Shown here piece after piece: positions 59,215 to 64,000 of a DNA stretch of 64,000 bases (positions within the stretch are counted from its first letter, which is position 1; every line of letters starts with the position of its first letter). Origin of the DNA: Acidobacteriota bacterium (GTDB taxonomy: Bacteria > Acidobacteriota > UBA6911); assembly GCA_963664705.1 (NCBI GenBank), contig OY761556.1:736001-800000 (forward strand). The letters run 5' to 3'. Below the pieces are notes generated by a model. The model made no database searches. It worked only from the letters and a program-made list of their open reading frames with translations, and had not been told where the DNA came from. The translations under genes and the position numbers were made by a program.

Positions 59215-61323
59215 TTACCTGGGTGTTGCGTCCGGAAGACCTCCGTCCACCGGGATAGTTGCGCCGGTCGTCGGACTTTGTCTTGTTGCAAAAAACAAGA
59301 CAGCCTTTGCCACATGCTCAGCGGTGACTTTTGCTTTCAGGAGATTTCTGGTCCTGTAATATTCCTCGAGGCCTTCGGGACTTAGTCCTCTGGCTGCCAT
59401 TCGGTCCGGGCCGACTTCAGACCAGAGGCCGGATTTGCGGCTTCCGTGAGAAAAAACAGCATCTGGCGCCACCATGTTCACCCGGACATCCATATCCGCA
59501 AATTCCTGGCTTGCGATCCGCGCCAGCTGATGACCAGCCGCTTTTGTTGCGCTGTAGGCTCCGAATCTCGCTCCGGGCGCAAAGACATTTTTGGTCGATA
59601 CCAGCACGATATCGCCGCCGGTGCCCTGCAATTTGAACACGCGGGCGGATTCGGCAAGAGTAAGAAGCATCCCTTCCACGTTGATTTTTTCTATCTTCCG
59701 GAATACATCGAGGCTCAATTCCATAAGTCCCGATACATGAGCCACGCCGGCGTTGAGTACGACCAAATCAATGCCGCCCCAGTTGCGGATCACCGCGCCG
59801 AATCCCTCGGCAACGGAACCTTGATCGGTGATATCCAGCGGAGCTCCCATCACACGTGAACCATAACGGGACCGGAGTTCCTCTACCAGCCCATTCAGTG
59901 CATCACCGGGAAGATCCGTAACCGCGACATGACAGCCCTGCCGTAAGAGCTCTTCGGCAATGCCCGAGCCGATCGCTCCCGCCGCGCCCGTTATGAGCGC
60001 GATCTGCTTGCCAAGCGGAAGAGCCTTCTCTCCCTGCAATTTTGTATGCTGGAGTGTGCGGTATTCCATCTCGAACAGATCCTGTTCCTCCATGCCGCAA
60101 TAGGTCCCCATGGCGGCGATCTGCTCTTTGGTCGCAAGCGTATGCTCTGCGATATCCTTGACAATATCGGCCGTCGCCGCATCCTTGCCCGCGCAGAGAA
60201 CACCTAATCCCGGCAGGAGGATGACCCGTGGAGTGGATTCCATTCTTTCGACGCCGCAAGGCATTTCGCCCGCATGTCTTTCGATGTAGGCATTATAGGC
60301 GCTTGAATATTCCTGGACCGCCTTCGAAAACTGTTCCCGGAAATTTTTCAGATCGCTGAAATCGGGACTATCAACCCACATGTAAGTGGATTTGGTGCGA
60401 ATGAGATGATCGGAAGTCAGCGGCGGAGTCAAGGCCACTTCTCGTCCCCGGTCGGAATCGACGAGGTTCAAAGTGTTCTTGGTGATTAGCGGTCGCAGGA
60501 TAACCTTCGACCAATGATGATCGGAATCCTGGGTCGGGCTAGCCAGAATTCCGCGAATGATGGGAGCGATTTCGGTCAGCCTTTTCTCTGCCACCGAAGC
60601 CGGAGTGGATACGGCGCAGACGAGCGGGTTGTGCGAATGCTGCCGGAGGTACGCCTCCGCTTTGTTGGCAAGGTCAATGGTGGCGGTGTAAGACTCGCAA
60701 GCGCTTGCCCCCCAGGTCACGAGTCCATGCTGCATTAAAACGAGCGCCCTGGCTCCTGGATTGCTATCCAGCATATCGGCGACGGCTTTTGCCAGCCTGA
60801 AACCGGGAGCCACATAGGGCACTACCACAACATCCTCGCCGAGGGCCTCCCGAACCAGCTTCTCTCCCCCGCGTTGATTGGTAAGCGCCAGAATGGAATC
60901 GGGGTGAGTGTGATCGACGAACTTATTCGGCAGAAACGCATGGACGAGGGTTTCAATGGACGGGGATGCTGCCCGGGCGTCCAGCAGATGGGTGCGAAAT
61001 TCATTGACCATCTGCTCATCGGTAAGTTCCGAAACCGTTCTCAGCCGTTTCAGATAGTTGAGATCAAGTCCCGTGTAGCCATTGGGTTCGATGTGGGCAA
61101 GATTGTAGCCTGAAGCCTTGACGTAGACCGCTGGAACTAATTCGCCCCACAGATTTCTGTGCGTGGTCTTAACCGATGAATTGCCCCCGCCGTGCAAAAC
61201 CAGTTTGGATTCGGCCCCAATCAGGGAGGCGACGTAAAGCCCCACGGCCAAATCCTGCCCGCAGTGCTCCCCGTACTTCGCCACGAACTGAGCCGCTTTG
61301 TCATCAGACCAGCGGTTTTCCAT
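59215..61323 (-). CDS. Bifunctional class II aldolase/short-chain dehydrogenase (RhaD/RhaEW-like)
   Basis: HGGGNSSVK, KASG, PSIET..H, HTH, HGL, MEY..L, ITGAAGAIG, YSATK and VDGG motifs. Confidence 0.9.
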   Translation of the reverse strand: MENRWSDDKAAQFVAKYGEHCGQDLAVGLYVASLIGAESKLVLHGGGNSSVKTTHRNLWGELVPAVYVKASGYNLAHIEPNGYTGLDLNYLKRLRTVSELTDEQMVNEFRTHLLDARAASPSIETLVHAFLPNKFVDHTHPDSILALTNQRGGEKLVREALGEDVVVVPYVAPGFRLAKAVADMLDSNPGARALVLMQHGLVTWGASACESYTATIDLANKAEAYLRQHSHNPLVCAVSTPASVAEKRLTEIAPIIRGILASPTQDSDHHWSKVILRPLITKNTLNLVDSDRGREVALTPPLTSDHLIRTKSTYMWVDSPDFSDLKNFREQFSKAVQEYSSAYNAYIERHAGEMPCGVERMESTPRVILLPGLGVLCAGKDAATADIVKDIAEHTLATKEQIAAMGTYCGMEEQDLFEMEYRTLQHTKLQGEKALPLGKQIALITGAAGAIGSGIAEELLRQGCHVAVTDLPGDALNGLVEELRSRYGSRVMGAPLDITDQGSVAEGFGAVIRNWGGIDLVVLNAGVAHVSGLMELSLDVFRKIEKINVEGMLLTLAESARVFKLQGTGGDIVLVSTKNVFAPGARFGAYSATKAAGHQLARIASQEFADMDVRVNMVAPDAVFSHGSRKSGLWSEVGPDRMAARGLSPEGLEEYYRTRNLLKAKVTAEHVAKAVLFFATRQSPTTGATIPVDGGLPDATPR

Positions 61324-61452
61324 ATGTCTATTCCATCCTCGTTCGGCCGCGGATGTGGGTGCATCCGATCGATCACCGTGAATCAAATCATTTTGCTTAA
61401 TCTGGAATGATCAGGAGAAAACCCAATACCTCCCGCATCCGGTATCGTACGC

Positions 61453-62355
61453 CTATCGTTTAGCCGAAGCTTGTTTCAGATCATTTTTCAGGGTCTGAAA
61501 GAGCTCAAAGGCTTCCGCAGGTTTGGCGTTATCATGAACAACGCTGCGCACTGCCTGGATCATTGCCGCCGGAGCGTCGGACTGGAATATGTTCCTGCCC
61601 ATGTCGACTCCTGCCGCACCTTCGCTTACGGCCTTGTAAGCCATTTCCAGCGCTTCCAGTTCCGGAAGCTTCTTCCCGCCTGCCATAACGACCGGAACCG
61701 GGCACGAGGCCGTCACGGTCTCAAACCCTTCCGGGACGTAATAGGTCTTGACGACGTGGGCTCCGAGTTCCGCGCAGATTCGGCAAGCCAGCCGGAAATA
61801 GCGTGCATCCCGCGTCATGTTTTTTCCCACCGCGGTAACTCCAAGGGTTGGGATCCCGTAGCGCGTTCCCATGTCGACCAACCGGGTCATGTTATGAATG
61901 GACTGGGTTTCGAACTCTCCTCCAATAAACACCTGGACCGCCATCGCGGAAACGTTCAGACGGAGCGCATCCTCCATATCAACCGCAATCTGTTCGTTTG
62001 AAAGCTCCTTGAGAATACTCGGGCCGCCGCTGGCTCTCATCACGATCGATCTTGATGTAGCGGAAGGGATGCTTGTTCTCAATATGCCGCGCGTCAGCAT
62101 CAGTGCATCGGAATAAGGGACCAGCGGTACGATGTTAACATCCACGCGTTCAAGTCCCGATGTTGGTCCCTGAAAATAGCCATGGTCAATAGCCAGCATC
62201 ACGGTTCTGCCAGAAGCCGGGTTAAAAATGCGAGCAAGCCTGTTCTGCATTCCCCAATCCAACGCGTTTGAACCCTTCAGGAAAAACGGTGTATTTTTCG
62301 CGGGGATGTCCAGGCAGTAATCCTTTGTATCGGTTGCGCCATCTACGTCCGGCAT
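61453..62355 (-). CDS. lsrF: LsrF-like thiolase/class I aldolase
   Basis: [38 protein letters not shown] and [10 protein letters not shown] motifs. Confidence 0.9.
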   Translation of the reverse strand: MPDVDGATDTKDYCLDIPAKNTPFFLKGSNALDWGMQNRLARIFNPASGRTVMLAIDHGYFQGPTSGLERVDVNIVPLVPYSDALMLTRGILRTSIPSATSRSIVMRASGGPSILKELSNEQIAVDMEDALRLNVSAMAVQVFIGGEFETQSIHNMTRLVDMGTRYGIPTLGVTAVGKNMTRDARYFRLACRICAELGAHVVKTYYVPEGFETVTASCPVPVVMAGGKKLPELEALEMAYKAVSEGAAGVDMGRNIFQSDAPAAMIQAVRSVVHDNAKPAEAFELFQTLKNDLKQASAKR

Positions 62356-62466
62356 TTTTCAAATTTCCTTTCTCTGGCAGCTATTGCATCTGCCCGTATC
62401 GCTTTATCGCTAAAAATAAAACCATATGGTATATCAAGGCATGCTGTAAGACGAAGCCAAAAGTCA

Positions 62467-62550
62467 GTGTGTCGTGGGCAGTAGGCAGTGGGCCGCAGTG
62501 CAGCGGCCGGCAGGTAGCCCGCTACTCTCCTGCCTACTGCCTACTGACTA
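62467..62550. repeat. Inverted heptamer repeats
   Basis: ggcagta ggcagtg ... ctgccta ctgccta ctgacta. Confidence 0.6.
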
Positions 62551-62572
62551 CGGCCGTCCGCTCGTGTATAAT
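62544..62572 (+). promoter_or_regulatory. Sigma70 promoter for purF
   Basis: CTGACT, 17 bp, TATAAT. Confidence 0.55.
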
Positions 62573-62648
62573 GAATAACTTATAGATATCAATATGAGAT
62601 CTGCTACGAAGTCCGGCCTGATACCTACAGCAATGATTGGGAATAACA

Positions 62649-64000
62649 ATGGCACCTTGGGATAAGTTGAAAGAGGAATGCGGCATTTTCGGCATAGTTT
62701 CTCATCCGGAAGCCGCGCGCATCGCATATCTGGGATTGTATGCTCTCCAGCACCGCGGGCAGGAGTCTGCGGGCATCGTAACCTCCGACCGCAAAAAGTT
62801 GTTTATTGAGAAGGGGATGGGATATGTGGCCGACCTTTTCAGTGAGTCGCGGTTGGAACGGCTTCACGGGGATTCTGCCTTGGGCCATGTCCGATACTCG
62901 ACGGCCGGGGAGAGTGCTGCGTGGAATGCCCAGCCAATCCTAGTGGACTGCTGGCGCGGCCCTGTGGCTCTTGCCCATAACGGCAATTTGACGAACGCGG
63001 GATATTTGCGCCATGAACTGGAACGCGACGGCGCGATTTTTCACTCCACAAGCGACAGTGAAGTTGTGCTGCATCTCATATCCCGATCCAGACGTCGCAC
63101 GCTGCAGGAAGCGTTTGTGGAGGCATTGAGAACCGTCCAGGGTGCATTTTCTCTTTTGTTGATGACTCCCGAGTATTTGCTGGCGGCAAGGGATCCGCAC
63201 GGATTCCGGCCGCTTTGCCTTGGACGCGTCGAAGGGGCCTATGTGGTCGCGTCGGAGACCTGTGCCTTCGACCTTATCAATGCGGAGTATATAAGAGATA
63301 TCGAGCCGGGCGAGGTTGTTCGCATTGAGGAGAACAGCCTGGAATCTCAACTTCCTCTGGCAAGGGAAAAGCCGGCTCACTGCGTATTCGAGCACATTTA
63401 TTTCAGCCGCCCGGACAGCCTGGTTTTCGGGCGTACCGTGAATACGAGCCGCAGGGAAATGGGCAAATACCTGGCTCGGGAACACGCGGTGGAGGCGGAT
63501 GTTGTGGTCCCCGTGCCGGACTCAGGAGTTTCTGCTGCTATCGGGTATTCCCAGGAGAGCGGACTGCCTCTTGAATTCGGCCTGATTCGGAACCATTACG
63601 TTGGCCGTACCTTCATCGAACCCAAACAGTCGATCCGCAATTTCGGCGTGAAAGTCAAATTGAATCCGGTGCGGGAGATCTTGCGGGGTAAACGCGTGGT
63701 GTTGCTGGATGATTCCATTGTGCGCGGAACGACGAGCAAAAAGATCGTCAATATCGTTCGCGCGGCCGGCGCAAAGGAAATCCACATGCGTATTACGTCC
63801 CCGCCTATCATCGCGCCATGCTTTTACGGGATTGACATTCCGACGCGGCATGAATTGATTGCTTCCTCAAAATCGGTGGAGGACATCAGAAAGTTTATTG
63901 GCGCGGATTCGTTAGGCTATCTCAGTCTTGAAGCGGTGATGCGGGCGGTTGAGGATAACAAGCGGTATTGCTCGGCCTGCTTTACCAACAACTATCCGAC
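62649..64000 (+). CDS. purF: Amidophosphoribosyltransferase (3' end runs off window)
   Basis: [15 protein letters not shown] propeptide and Cys, [46 protein letters not shown] and CSACF motifs. Confidence 0.96.
   Translation, partial: MAPWDKLKEECGIFGIVSHPEAARIAYLGLYALQHRGQESAGIVTSDRKKLFIEKGMGYVADLFSESRLERLHGDSALGHVRYSTAGESAAWNAQPILVDCWRGPVALAHNGNLTNAGYLRHELERDGAIFHSTSDSEVVLHLISRSRRRTLQEAFVEALRTVQGAFSLLLMTPEYLLAARDPHGFRPLCLGRVEGAYVVASETCAFDLINAEYIRDIEPGEVVRIEENSLESQLPLAREKPAHCVFEHIYFSRPDSLVFGRTVNTSRREMGKYLAREHAVEADVVVPVPDSGVSAAIGYSQESGLPLEFGLIRNHYVGRTFIEPKQSIRNFGVKVKLNPVREILRGKRVVLLDDSIVRGTTSKKIVNIVRAAGAKEIHMRITSPPIIAPCFYGIDIPTRHELIASSKSVEDIRKFIGADSLGYLSLEAVMRAVEDNKRYCSACFTNNYP

Noticed and set aside
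1-64000. CRISPR arrays, tRNA/rRNA genes, transposases, integrases, prophage or defence genes
   Set aside because: None were recognised by eye. The short repeats seen are heptamer tandems or isolated palindromes without spacer structure.

Overview
A 64 kb bacterial chromosome segment of moderate GC. The gene content and synteny suggest an Acidobacteriota-like diderm (inference). In order it holds: an ArnT-type glycosyltransferase; a complete assimilatory sulfate operon (sirC-cobA-cysH-cysD-cysN[C]-sbp-cysT-cysW-cysA) divergent from a siroheme sulfite reductase; a large secreted multicopper oxidase with FN3 repeats, a PEP-CTERM protein and an orphan CusB; a rubredoxin; an FMN riboswitch with ribBA; a Fur/PerR-rubrerythrin-FeS oxidoreductase-DUF3501 oxidative-stress operon; a minus-strand block of exported redox proteins; an MCP; a tetraether-synthase (Tes/GDGT-MAS)-like radical SAM gene; envelope and housekeeping genes (lpxD, ABC-2, hldA, GT9, plsY, thpR, cinA, pgpA, yacG, rimO, moxR/DUF58/transglutaminase, ruvAB); lsrF-rhaD-like genes; and a partial purF. 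The best signals are these. (1) A leaderless 34-aa Cys-Cys-Cys peptide, absent from the ORF track, starts 7 nt after a near-consensus sigma70 promoter at the head of the cys operon and has an attenuator-like RNA pairing. (2) An in-frame UGA joins two track ORFs into one signal-peptide-bearing UxxC selenoprotein (UGSC-like) with a candidate SECIS. It lies near a Tat-exported cupin and a Tat Fe-S/divergent aldehyde:ferredoxin oxidoreductase pair, which may form a periplasmic W/Se redox system. (3) The bacterial Tes homologue. All calls come from reading motifs by eye; no database searches were run.
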